64,000 nucleotides of DNA from the human T2T-CHM13v2.0 reference genome, Homo sapiens. Position numbers and translations under genes: made by a program. The notes beneath the pieces were generated by a model. That model had not been told where the DNA came from and searched no databases. It was given only the letters and a program-made list of their open reading frames with translations. The DNA lies in assembly GCF_009914755.1 (NCBI RefSeq), contig NC_060925.1; one strand, given 5' to 3'. Each line of letters starts with the position of its first letter. The first letter of the stretch is position 1. This document shows positions 1 to 13,656 of the stretch, in pieces.

Positions 1-358
1 GGACTAGGCCAGTCGAGCAAGTCTGTGCCGCAGCTTGAGCCGAGAGGCATAAATCCAGGATCAGGCAAGTGGCCAGATAAACTCTGGAGGTTTAAGCTCA
101 GCACTTAACTTTTCTGTTTTGTTGGACTTTGATTTTTTTTTTTTTTTAGTTGTAGTAAAAAAACACATAAAATTTCGCCCCTTATCCATTTTTAAATGTA
201 CAGTTCAGAAGTGTTAAGTATAATCACATTGTTATGGAACTTACCTTGAGAATTTTTTCATATTGCAGTACTGAAACTGTGCACTCAATAAACAGCCACC
301 ATTCTGCTTTCTATGAATTTGACTATTTTTGATACCTCATAGAAGTGGGATCATATCG

Positions 359-726
359 TACAGTCCCCTACTTACAATGATTCAACTTAATGTTTTTTTT
401 CCACTTTACAGTGGTTAGAAAACGATGTGCATTCAGTAGCAGTTGTACTTTGAGTACCCATTCAACCATTCTGTTTTTCGCTTTCAATCTAGTATTCAAT
501 AAATTATGAGATACTCAACACTTTACTATAAAATAGGGTTTGTGTTATATTATTTTGCCCAACTTTAGGCTAATGTAAGTGTTCTGAGCACATTTAAGGT
601 GGGCGAGGCTTAACTATGATGTTTGATAGGCTAGGTGTAGTAAATGCATTTTCAACTTAGGATCTTTTCAACTTAACAATAGCTTTATCAGGATGTAACC
701 CCATTGTAAGTAGAACAACATCTGTA
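359..726 (-). mobile_element. Tigger-derived non-autonomous DNA transposon (MER47-like)
   Basis: Terminal inverted repeats (tacagtcccctacttacaatg ... cattgtaagtagaacaacatctgta), TA flanks, ~365 bp. Confidence 0.7.
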
Positions 727-779
727 TTTGTCTTTTTGTCTTATCTTATTTCACTTAGCATGTCTGTTGAAGCATGTGA

Positions 780-1419
<640 letters not shown>

Positions 1420-2959
1420 TATCCTTTTTTTTTTTTTAAGGCAGAATCATACCCTGTTGTATGTATATACCACATTTTGTTTATCCGTTCATCTGTTAAT
1501 GGACATTTGGGTTGGTTTCACCTCTTGGCTATTGTGAATAGTGCTGCTGTGTTACATGAGTGTGCAAATACCTCTTCAAGACCCTGGGCTTTGATTTGTA
1601 ACCTACTTGGTTTACAAGTTTGATTGCCAACAAAGCTGATCATGATGTTGACCAAATTTTAGTACCTAGACTTAGTCTATCAGAAGTTAAAAGAGAATTA
1701 CTTTGAGGGATTCAGTTTTGGTTCAAGTTTTGTGGGTGAAGAGAAAGAAAAGTAAAGAGGAAGTTGTCTTTAATCCTTCTTGTATTGGTGACTAATTAAA
1801 ATTCTCCTCCTATGTACTTTTGAAAGGGACTCCTAGACCTCTGCCATGCTATGTCTTTTATATCAGGTGCTTAGAACAATGTCTGGCATGTAGTAGGTGC
1901 ACAATAAATATTTGAACAAATTAGACTCCACTTCAGGTTTAGTGCAAAGCAACATCAATTCCATATTTGAGTAAGAATGCAATCCAGTAAAGTCAGGGTA
2001 ATTTTTTTCCCTTGTGTGACTCTTATTTTCCCCTCTTCTCAGGAGTGCAACACGTGATGGCATCTGCTTCTCTGACTGCGCTGCTGCCTGTGTAACATGA
2101 CCAAACATTTTAGCATTTAATCTGTCCCTTTCCAGAACTCAACAGTACTTAAAACCAGACTTCCTCAGATGTGTCAGAGCCTCTTAGGTTGACACCTCAC
2201 AATATCTAACAGATTAAAAAGAAAAAAATTCCTTATGTTTAAACTAGCCAATCATAAGTAAAACTTACGAGAATATTCATAAAATGTGATCTCAGACTGG
2301 GACACAATTTGTTTCAAAAAGAAGTAATTGAAGTTTGCTAGATGATATATTTCATGATGTGTTGGAAACACTGGCCTCAAGTCCTTTTGGTCTGCGTCCT
2401 GTAAAAGCAATTTATCTTTCATTTTAGCTTGTTCTCATGATTCTTAAAAGCTCTGTAGTTGTCTATAAATCCAGGTGGTGTTCAGCTGGGATTGAAATTA
2501 GTTAAAAACCATATCAAGATGATTGTGCACCAGAGTGATTGTGTAAAACCCTATATTCCCGCACAGCAGAGCTCTGGGAACAGCAAATAACAGACTTCTT
2601 CGTGTTGAGTTTTGCCCCAGTGGGCCTCTTTGAAAATAGGAAAGAGAAAGCTAACTTTGTCTTTATGGAGGTGAGTTGGGGGCAGGTGGGCAACAATGCT
2701 GAATTTCGAAAAGAAAAATCTAATTCTCTACTTACTCTTTACATCCCATTCAGCCTTCACTTAACTGTAATTGAGTGCCTAGGTCACTTTCTTTTAATTG
2801 GCAGTTTCATCTTTTCATTCCTCAGTGCCTCCTGATTGGGTGATGACATTTCTAACATTACAATCAAATCAGATAACTGTTTAAACAAGAACTTGGTGAT
2901 GAAGGTTGGTGGACTGTTACAAAACAGGTCCTGTGCTGTGTGAGCCCTTTCTGTAGAGC

Positions 2960-3620
2960 AGTGCTTCTCAAACTTTATTGTCTGTATGAACCACGTGAGG
3001 GAGGATCTTCTTAAAATATTGATGCTGATTTAGTAGGTTAGGAACGGAACCTGGGATTCTGTGTTTCTTTTGAGTTCCCAGGTGATACCATTGCTGGTCC
3101 AAGGACCTTACTTTGAGTAGCAGGGCCGTAAAACAGTAGTCCTTAACTCTCACTTGGATCATAGTCACAAGGGGAGTTTTCAAAAAACATGATGCCAGTA
3201 CTCTACCCACTAGAGCAGGGGTCCCCAACCCCTGGGCCACAGACCGGTATGGGTCCATGGCCTGTTAGGAACCTAGGAACTGGGCTGCACAGCAGGAGGT
3301 GAGCAGCCAGTAAGCAAGCATTACTGCCTGAGCTCCACCTCCTGTCAGATCAGCAGTGGCATTAGATTCTCAAAGGAATGTGAACCCTATCATGAACTGC
3401 GCATGTGAGGGATCTAGGTAGCACACTCCTTATGAGAATCTAATGCCCACCCTGCCCATCTCTGGAAAAATTGTCTTGCACAAAACTGGTTCCTGAGGTT
3501 GGGGACCACTGTCCTAGAGTTCCTGATTCAGTTGGTCTCCAGGAGAGAGCTCAGGCATCTTGTTTTTCAAAAGCTTTTCAGGTGATTCTAACCTGCAGCC
3601 CCAAGATTGAGAATCATTGA
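2960..3620. mobile_element. MER5-type hAT relics with a nested MER1-type element (3216-3511)
   Basis: cagtgcttctcaaact start; nested caggggtccccaacc...ggttggggaccactg with degenerate 8-bp TSD cactagag/tcctagag. Confidence 0.7.
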
Positions 3621-5077
3621 TTTCAAAGGGTTGAGAATCTTGACTTGCCAGAGTGCCTGACTGGGTAGGCCTGGAAAAGGTTTCTCTTTATTATTTGAAA
3701 CTCTGGATGTTCTTCAGTGCAGCCCAAGATCTGTTGACTTTTCTTTGTCTCCAAACTCTCATTGAGTGAATTCAGATTTGAATTTGTCTTGAAATGCAGC
3801 AGTTTCAGATGGAAGCATTTTTAACGTAGTTCTTTGGTAGTGGTCAGGAGCATGAGAATGTTCTGAGAGATAATCTGCTCTTCTGCCTTACTGATAGAAC
3901 TCCCAAAAGTAGGGGGGAGCAGTGTGTGTCAGCTGTTCTTCCAGTTGAATCAGTATCAGGAGAAGGAGTTAAGGAGTTAAATGTTACTCACTTCAGTTAC
4001 ATGGTAGCTAGTGAAGTGGGGAGCATGAATCCAAGTTTCGTGGGCCTCAATCTACTGATTGTAGAGGGCCTCCCTTTTCCAACAAGCTTATGGTAAATCC
4101 TTACATGTAACTAGAAGGCTAGGATAGGATTATAGAAAACTGGGTGATTGTCAACAGGGATGAACCATACACACCCCTCAAGATCCACTTTTACACACTG
4201 CTTCTTGAGATCTCAAGGTTTCAGGAACATGAAAAAATAGTTTGTCACAAAGAAAAGCTTTGGGAAGGGGATTAAAGCAGAGCTTATTATAAATTTCTGC
4301 CTCATTTTACATCTCTGCAAGGCGGGAATGATCTCTTGATCCTTGACTTTTGTTGCTTTTGATTAAAGAAGAGAAATTGAAGGAGTAATAGTTTACTCTT
4401 TCAATTTGGGGAAAGAGGTCTTTTTTATCAACTTTGGGCTTTAGTTAAGTAATCATGGAACGTTCTTGTACAAATTATATTTAAAACCAAGCCAAACAAG
4501 AGCACACTTGCAAGAGAGCTAAATGTATGATCATCTTGTGCTGTATGTATTAGCCTGGGAGGTTTTCCAAAGGAATGATCATCCCTAGCATTCTCTTTGG
4601 CATTTCTATGTAGTGTCATCATCTTCTGTGATATGCCACACAAGAAGGAAGACCAGTGGTTGATTTCTGGGATTAAACTTTTAAAAAAACTCTTTAGGAT
4701 CTGGCCCCAACCCAGTATCCTCTTTCCTGCTTTTCCCCTCTATACTCAGGTAGTAGATCTAAAACTTAAATAGGCTGTGATTTTTTGTCTCTCTCTCTGT
4801 CTTTGTTGTTCTGTCTGAATAACATTCTCATACTTTTTCAACAGGCAAATTCCCAGCATCCCTTAGACACAATTCAGATGTCATCCCCTTTGTGGAACAT
4901 TTCCCAATCCCTCACTCTCCCTCCAGCCCCACATTGCTAGCTGTCCCTAGCAATATGTCCTTCTTTGTGTCCCCGCAGGGGATCCCTCCCCTCCAGTATT
5001 GGGTAGGGGATTATAATGTTTTTATGTGACTATCTCTGACAAACCACAAGCTCTTCAAAGGTAGGAGTAGATGTGTA

Positions 5078-5236
<159 letters not shown>

Positions 5237-6743
5237 TAGTAGTAGGTATCATACATTTACTATTAGTTGAGTTGCTTGAATCAGTAAATGAAAGAGCAAG
5301 GGGAAAAACAAGAATAGAATGAACCTGCGCTACTGTTTCCTTTTGTTGAAATTTTAATAAACTGAACTTCTAAGTCTCTGTTACTCCAGGGTTAGTTTTA
5401 GTAGAGGGTTCATGGAAAATGTTGATACCTAATTTGGAAAAGGAAAAGATGAAAAATTGGTGTTTGAAGTTTGTAGAGCAGAGTGGTAGCCAAGCAGCTT
5501 GTTGGGTTTGCATGGAAAAATTAGATGTCTTGGTGTACATTTTATCCTAATAGATTCTCTTCTTTCTATAATCATAAAATAGGTTCTGGGAAGACTGTTG
5601 ATGTTTTTCCAAAATACCTTTTTTTGACATATATTTGAGATTTTCTGTTGGTCTTGCAAAAGAAAGTTCACTTATGCTTGTTAATTACATCAAATCTGAA
5701 ATAATATATGCTCCTTCCATAATGTGATGATGCAAATTCCCAGGTGAGCATATTAGGTTTAGTGAGTCACATTTCAGACCACTTATAGAATCAATCATTT
5801 GACACCTAGTCCCAGTAGAGATTTTGCTGATTTTAGCTAATATCTGCCTTTGCACCTTCCTCTTCATTGCAGCTCTGAAACTCAAAATTGATTTTTTTCC
5901 TAGAATTGCATCCATCATTGGGCATGTGTTTAAATACCAGTAGTTTCAAAATAAAACAAAAAAGGGCTTAAGTCTCAAATTATTGAGTAGTGCTAATCAA
6001 AAAAGCCCTTTCCTAAACTATATCCACAGTGAAGTTATATGGTCCTCCCCCACTCCAGGCTTGTTAAGAAAAAATAACACAGCTGTTCCTAAAAGGCAGC
6101 TGACAAATTCACCCTCATCCTTTTTCTATACTCCTCTACCCCCACTTGAAACAAATTTTGGAGACAAGGCCATTGCTACTGTGATGAGAAAGGAGCTCTC
6201 CTCCCCAGTTTCTGTTGTCAGGTTAGTGCAAATGTCAGAAATGGCCACTATCAGTTGTAAAGAACTGTGGATCACTGTGGTCAAGTGCCCCGGCGTTGCT
6301 GTTAGTTTGGTCACTGAATGGAAGAAAGAACTGGCAGTTTAGAGGAATACCCCTGAGACAGAAATCTCATTTTAATCTGCATATTGCAGACTGGTAAACT
6401 TACTTGGAAAAAAAAAGAAGGCGCTCATAATGTCCCTCTATGTTGTGCTGACGAAAAAAAAAAAAAAAACAGATATTGCTTGGGGCTGTGTTTCATGAGA
6501 GCACTGTTAGAGGCCATCCTAAGCTTTTTCTAAAGCCCATTAATTCTTTGAAGACCTGCATATGTTAAGTAAAGAAGAATTTTGCTCTGGAGCTTGTATT
6601 TTCTTCATTTCATCTGTACCTTCTCTCCCGACATACGCTTCCTGAAGAGAGGGACCAAGCCAGAGTGTTTCCTACTGCCTGTCATGCTTTGCCACACTGT
6701 TGATTGTCCCCACCATTTATGCATCTCTTGTTGTTCATTTCAG

Positions 6744-6815
6744 AAAGACTTCCGAGTGCAGGAACTCCCACTGGCTCGTATTAAGAAGATTATGAAACTG
6801 GATGAAGATGTGAAG
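6744..6815 (+). CDS. NFYC: NFYC internal coding exon ([24 protein letters not shown]; start of H2A-like histone fold)
   Basis: ttcag|AAAGAC...GTGAAG|gtgaat; 72 nt, phase 0/0. [11 protein letters not shown] is the hallmark NF-YC/HAP5 motif. The start-codon exon lies upstream of the window. Confidence 0.97.
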
Positions 6816-7051
6816 GTGAATTCACATTCATTTTTATTATTTCTTATTGAAGCTAAGTGATGGGTAGGTTATTGCTCATTTCTCTAGAGCTCAAAGTTTA
6901 ATTAAACAAGAACACACAAAAATTACTGTCTGTTGCTTTGTTATTTGGTTCCTGTGCAAAATTGTTAAGTGAGCCAAAATTGAGCAGTTTTGGTTACTAT
7001 ATGGATCATCCTGAAAATTTTTTAGATGTTGAAAAAATAGTTGATGTTGGG

Positions 7052-7646
<595 letters not shown>

Positions 7647-8782
7647 GGTATCTCACAGTTCTGTTCACAGTGTAGTATATACATGTATCATCAAATCAAC
7701 AGGACAGTGCCATCATCTTAGCGTCTTACATAGTTTGTTGATCTGAACTCTTAAGAAATTTTTGATAATGATATTCTACCTGTTCTAACCTTTTGATCTA
7801 TGAGTTTCTTTTACATGAATAATACTTGTGAGAGGGTTTGCGTGGGCTTGGCCATTTCTGTATTCCTAGGAGTCCATCTCCATTACAGATCTCAGAGAAA
7901 GAGGAACTCTGTCTCTTTACCACTCAAAATTAATAGTCTTTTGTATTTTCACAGAAAGCTAACAATTGATAGTAATTTTCCCTTTTATTAGCTCCTTTCT
8001 TCCTCACAGTAGCCCTGTGAGATTTGATATAATAAGAATTATCAGTTCCATTTTACAGACAATGGAAATAGACACAAAGAGGTTAAGTGACTCACCCAGA
8101 GTGATAGGACCAAGATCCCATTTCCCATCTGCTGCTTCTTTAACTCCAGAGCTCTTTCTGTGGCTGTATCCTGCACAGACTACCTCACCAAAGGTTTAGA
8201 ACCTTGTTTGACCAAGAGCTTCAACTTTGAAATCAGACACATCAAGAAAGTTTATATGGCTTGAGCATTTCCTATATGCCAAGCCCTGGGCTGGGTACAT
8301 ATATTATCTCATTTGATTGCCACAATAAAACTGAAAGGTTATCCTCTTTTTCAGTACATGAAAAAGCCCAAAAGGATGGGAAGCCTGCAATTTTATCCAA
8401 ATCCATTGGCTTTCAAGCTCATTCTCCTTCCTCATATTGTTTCTCCTTGGATTAGAACCTAAACCCTGCCACTTACTGGCTCTATGGCTGTGGGCAAGTC
8501 ACTTCATCTCTCTTGACCCCTAGTTTCTTTGAAAGGCTATTATAAGAGTAAGAAAACACCTTGCACAAGGTTTGGCGCATGGTATGTGCTAGATAAGTAT
8601 TCTTTCTCCCTGTTACCTGCTTTGTTCCCACTCATGGATTTATTTTACCTTGGAATCTCTTGAGTATACCACCTCATTTTTTGACCCTTGCCCCATAGTC
8701 CCATGCCAGGCAATGAGGCAAGAGACAGACTGGTTTGCATGACTTGCTGGTGATTGACAGGGAGGGCCTGTGTCTGTTACAG

Positions 8783-8896
8783 ATGATCAGTGCAGAAGCG
8801 CCTGTACTCTTTGCCAAGGCAGCCCAGATTTTTATCACAGAGTTGACTCTTCGAGCCTGGATTCACACAGAAGATAACAAGCGCCGGACTCTACAG
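8783..8896 (+). CDS. NFYC: NFYC coding exon ([38 protein letters not shown])
   Basis: ttacag|ATGATC...CTACAG|gtatt; 114 nt, phase 0/0; histone-fold helix 2. Too short to appear in the ORF track. Confidence 0.97.
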
Positions 8897-8971
8897 GTAT
8901 TATTGCAGACTTAGATTAGGAAAACTGGGGTAAGCAGCAGCCTTTGCCTGTTTTCCTGCGTGGTGTTGGAG

Positions 8972-9037
8972 AAAGATTGTTCTCCTTTAGGACCAAAGAT
9001 TGTTCTCCTTTAGGACCAAAGATTGTTCTCCTTTAGG
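8972..9037 (+). repeat. Perfect 23-bp tandem repeat, ~2.9 copies (AAAGATTGTTCTCCTTTAGGACC)
   Basis: Copies start at 8972, 8995 and 9018 (last copy 20 nt); identical. Confidence 0.95.
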
Positions 9038-9934
9038 CCTCTATCAAGCTGACGTGTCATTGGCATCACCACTGTTGGGAGGCAGACATACCTTCTAGCC
9101 ATGGTGATTGTGTTTCTCCACCAAAAATCTTAATCAATTCTCTCCTGGTTTTCACAGCTTAGTGACTGAACTCTTTTCCCTTGGTGAGCCCTCACTATAA
9201 ACAGAGGCTCAAGTGATAAGAGTATTTACCTGTTTCCAAACGTAATCAACTTCTGGTTGGGAGCCTTGAGAGATTCCAGGAAGTATCATCAGTCTCACTA
9301 GCTTCATTAGGCTTTTTGTTCCTTGTCAGCCTTCCTGGGAGTCCTTTTCTTTTTCTTCTTCTTTTTTTTTTAATTTTAATTTTTAACCTAGCGAATTCAC
9401 ATTCATACTGTATGCAGAGCCCTTGGTCATTGACTCTAGAAACCCTCACCCTATAGCCAAGCCCTGGCTCTTAGAGGAAAGATTTCCCAGATACAAGAAG
9501 AAGAGTGTAACAAGTATAAAACAGTGGTGGCAGTATTTTAACAATGAAGCCAAGAAAGTAAATTATTTTCTCTTCTTGTTTCCCTTTACCTACAAAGTAG
9601 AAAATGCATGTGTTTATTCATTTATTCTAAAAATACTTACTGAACACCCACAATGTGCCGGGCACTTTTCTAGGCTCTGGGGATTAACGATACACACAAC
9701 AGACAAAAATCCTTATCTGTGGGAAGCCTGCATTCTAGTACAGCTTGTCAATGCGTCATAAAGTTAGGATTTGTGTACATTACTATATGAAAGTTTTAAA
9801 GCAAAAAAAGCAAAAAATACTGAGCTCCAATAAATGATATGCATGTTGAAGTCACAAAATTTATGTTGCCTTGAAGTTAGTCTGTGGATCCAGAGAGATC
9901 CAGTTAAAGCTCCCTTCAAGATCAATTCAGATTA

Positions 9935-10610
9935 GAAAATAAAATAGGCAAAACACTTGGACAGACCTTCAGAAAAAAAGATAAACAAATGCCCAATAAA
10001 CCCATGAGAAGATATGCAACATCATTAGTCATCAGGGAAATAAAAAACTGCAGTGAGATACTGTTTTACACCCACTAGAATACCTAAAATAAAAAAGACT
10101 GACAATACCACAGTTGGTGAGGAAGTGGAGTGTCTGAAACTCATATATTGCTGGTCAGAATCTAAAGTGGTCAGTCAGTTTGAAAAAATATTAGACATTT
10201 TCTGATAAACATATCCCCCTACTCTGTAACCCAGCCATTTCATTCCTAGGTTTGTACCCAAAAGAACTGTAGCCATTCTTATATAAAAATGCTCTTAACA
10301 ACCTTGTTTATACTACCTCAAAACTGGAAACAACTCAAGTGTCCATCAATATAGGAATATATAAACAAATTCTGAGGTATTGATGAAATGGATTCCTCCT
10401 CAGCAATAAAAAGAAACAAACCATTGCTCCATACAACATGGATAAATCTCAAAGATACTATGTTAACAAAAGGAACCAGAGGGAAAAAATTACATAGTGC
10501 ATGATACAATGCATTATTACCACCTATAGTGATAGAAATCAGAGTTGTGGTTGCCCAGATTTAGGGGAGTGTGGGGAAGGATATTGACTGGAAAGGGCTA
10601 GAAGGAACTT
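9935..10610 (+). mobile_element. Old L1 (L1M-type) ORF2-end/3' fragment
   Basis: A-rich degenerate L1 text (cattagtcatcagggaaat...aaactggaaacaactcaagtgtccatcaat...). Confidence 0.75.
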
Positions 10611-10620
10611 TCTATATTCC

Positions 10621-10876
<256 letters not shown>

Positions 10877-11779
10877 GGAATTTAAAAAGCAAATAAAAAT
10901 TTTAGGAAGACCAACTTAAGTATATCTATGTTTCCAAAATACTCTAGAATATTTTATTATATGCTGGAGATGTTTATTATTTTTCTTTTTCCCCTTTTAT
11001 TCCATCAATAAATGAGCCATTTAGATAGATTGAGTAGATGACATCAAAAAATGTGACACTATATTGTAGTCATCTTAAATGAGTTCTGGCAATCTTAAGA
11101 TGGGCCCTGCTTCAGTTGGGAGGGTTTATCGTCAAGCTCGTGGTTGGCAAGAAGGGCGGACTAGAGTTTTGCATTTCAGAGGCTTGGGGCCATCACAGAT
11201 ACAAGGGAAAGAAAAAAAAAATTTCCATCCTCTCCTGTTTTGTCCGATGAGTCACCTTTTAAGGTGTGGTATATAGAGTTTGCTAAGGATTTCTGTTAGT
11301 GTGTTAACATTTTCCCCAGCATTTTATTATGAAAAATTTCAAACATAAGCAAAGTTTACAGTGAATACCTGTATACTTACAACCTAGATTCTACCATAAA
11401 CATTTTACTATGCTTATTTTATTCTCATATCTGTTTATCCCTCTATCCATCCTTCAAGTAATCTGTTTTTAAGTGCATTGTAAAGTTTACTTTGCCCAAA
11501 TACTTTAACATGCATATCATTCACTAGCGTTCAGTGTTTTTTCATATTGTTTTTCCTTTTGCTTTAAATCTTTAGTAAAGTACACAAATCTTAACTATAC
11601 ATAATATGTTGGGTTTTAGTAAAAATCTTTTAATTTTATTATTCAAAGAAAGGAAGTATCACACTTGGAGAGAAACCCCCATTAGAGCAGGTCTTGGTTT
11701 CAGTATCATTAGCCTTCTGACTCCTGTGTTCTCTTACCTCTCTTGCTGCTGTTCATAGCACAAACTATGAATATCAGAA

Positions 11780-11887
11780 TTCTCACAAGCTATGTTTTTT
11801 ATTTGGGAATTCAGAACTGCAATGATAAACCCATGGTTTAAGTATTGCAATTTAGAATTCCCAAATAAAAATCATAGCTTGTGAGAA
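11780..11887. repeat. ~52-bp-arm inverted repeat (palindrome centred on CCATGG)
   Basis: ttctcacaagctatg(t)tttttatttgggaattc is the reverse complement of gaattcccaaataaaaa(t)catagcttgtgagaa. Confidence 0.9.
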
Positions 11888-12360
11888 CTTAGTGTATATA
11901 GATCCAGTGACTTGAAAATGTTGCAAAAAGTTATTGAATTAGGATTTTACCTAATTCAATACTTGTGAACCAAAGGGAAAATATTATTTAGGGCCTTAAA
12001 AAGATTATAAACCTAACTTTGCTAACCCACAGAATGACCAGAAACCTGCTAATTGAGATTACTAGGTTTGTAATTTGAAAATCGCGGGGAGAGGATCAAG
12101 CAGGAGTAGCAGTGGTTGGAGGCTCAGATACCCCATTTTACAGTGTGAGTTACATGTATCTCTTTCTTTTTTGTTGATGGTTGCCCACCAGGTCTGATCA
12201 TTTAAAGTATATGAGTTTGGCTGTGCTTATTTCAGCTGTAGACTTGCCCGTAGGTGTTTAGTTTGGCTTAAAAGTCGTCTTACCTTACTTGGAGGGTATA
12301 AAGCCAAGTGAACTAGTTTCTCCCCAGGCTAATTTTTCACACCGCTCTTCTTTGTTACAG

Positions 12361-12456
12361 AGAAATGATATCGCCATGGCAATTACAAAATTTGATCAGT
12401 TTGATTTTCTCATCGATATTGTTCCAAGAGATGAACTGAAACCTCCAAAGCGTCAG
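12361..12456 (+). CDS. NFYC: NFYC coding exon ([32 protein letters not shown])
   Basis: ttacag|AGAAAT...CGTCAG|gtgagc; 96 nt; contains the NF-YC alphaC motif DFLIDIVPR. Confidence 0.97.
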
Positions 12457-12889
12457 GTGAGCTGTGAAGGGATTGCAGTTGCTGCTGACTGAAGAGCGCT
12501 TTGTATACTGGTGTCAGATACGCTCCTTCTCTCTCAGCACAAGTCATTTGCTATTCCTTTTGCTTCTCGTTTCTAGACCAGATTCATTCTTAACATCTCC
12601 TTCTGTTACTCATTTCTGGATACTTTTAACTCAGTGCCTCCGAAGTGGTATTTCAGTGAAAATAGACAAAATGAAAATGAAAGACTTTAGTTACAAATGG
12701 TAAAGTTAAGCTCATTTCAAGTTATCTTAGGAAGTCTATCAGAGCTCTTCATCTGGGATAGGAGAATATTCCCAGAAAGTTATAGATTTTAGATTTTTAA
12801 GAAACAGCTTCTCTATGTGCACAGTGGCATTTGGAGTGAATGGACTATGTTTTCTCTTCCTCTATATTGTGGTTCATTATATCTTTATA

Positions 12890-13060
12890 TAGTACCCTGA
12901 CTGCACACTAGAATCACCTGTTGGGGTTTTAAAAATATCAGCGCCCAGGCTCTAACCCACATCAGCTGAATCAGAATCTCATGATGGAGCCCAGGCATCA
13001 GTACCTTTTAAAACTCCCTGGATGCTTTTAATGTGCAGTCAGATTTGAGAACCACCACTT
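12890..13060. mobile_element. MER5-type DNA transposon relic
   Basis: tagaatcacctg...gaatcagaatct...tttgagaaccac motif set. Confidence 0.65.
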
Positions 13061-13564
13061 GAGCTGTTTTGCAAGCAATCACAAGAAAGAATATGAACGT
13101 CTGCCTTCCCGTCTCTTCTGCCTGCCCCTCTCCAAAGGTCACACTAGTTGTTTTTTCAGCACCTTGGGTGCATATAGCTCTTAATTGTGATTGTAATAGA
13201 CCTCTGTCCTTTAGAGCTCATTGTTTTAAGCATGCAGATTGCATGATTCACTAGGTGCCACTTGGGAAATTGTGGCAGAATCTCACAGGAGCAAAGCTGT
13301 GCCTTGTTCTGCTTGCTTTGTTATATAAAACTTTATTTTTAATGAATTATTTCATAGTATATTATCCTTAGAAGCAGTCATTCAGTGACAGCCATTCTCC
13401 CCATCCCAGCCTGTATTAATAACCAGTCAGAGAAAGTCTAGGAGAAGTGGGCATCCTAATGAACATTTGTAATTCTGACCCTGCATGAGGGCCTTTGGAT
13501 TAGCAAGCCCTCTGTCACCTCCTTACTAGAGTAGGGTGTGCCTCACTGCGTCTCCGTTCTTTCT

Positions 13565-13656
13565 GGGCAGTCTTTGCTACTGTAAACATCCTTGACTGGA
13601 AGCTGTAAGGTGTTCAGAGGAGCTTTCAGTCGGATGTTTACAGCGGCAGGCTGCCA
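13565..13656 (+). ncRNA. MIR30E: pre-miR-30e (5p 13581-13602 TGTAAACATCCTTGACTGGAAG; 3p 13623-13644 CTTTCAGTCGGATGTTTACAGC)
   Basis: Exact mature sequences with complementary arms, in an NFYC intron. Confidence 0.98.

Noticed and set aside
8972-9037. CRISPR-like appearance of short repeats (here and at 22312-22540)
   Set aside because: Head-to-tail repeats with no unique spacers, no cas genes, and human intronic context.
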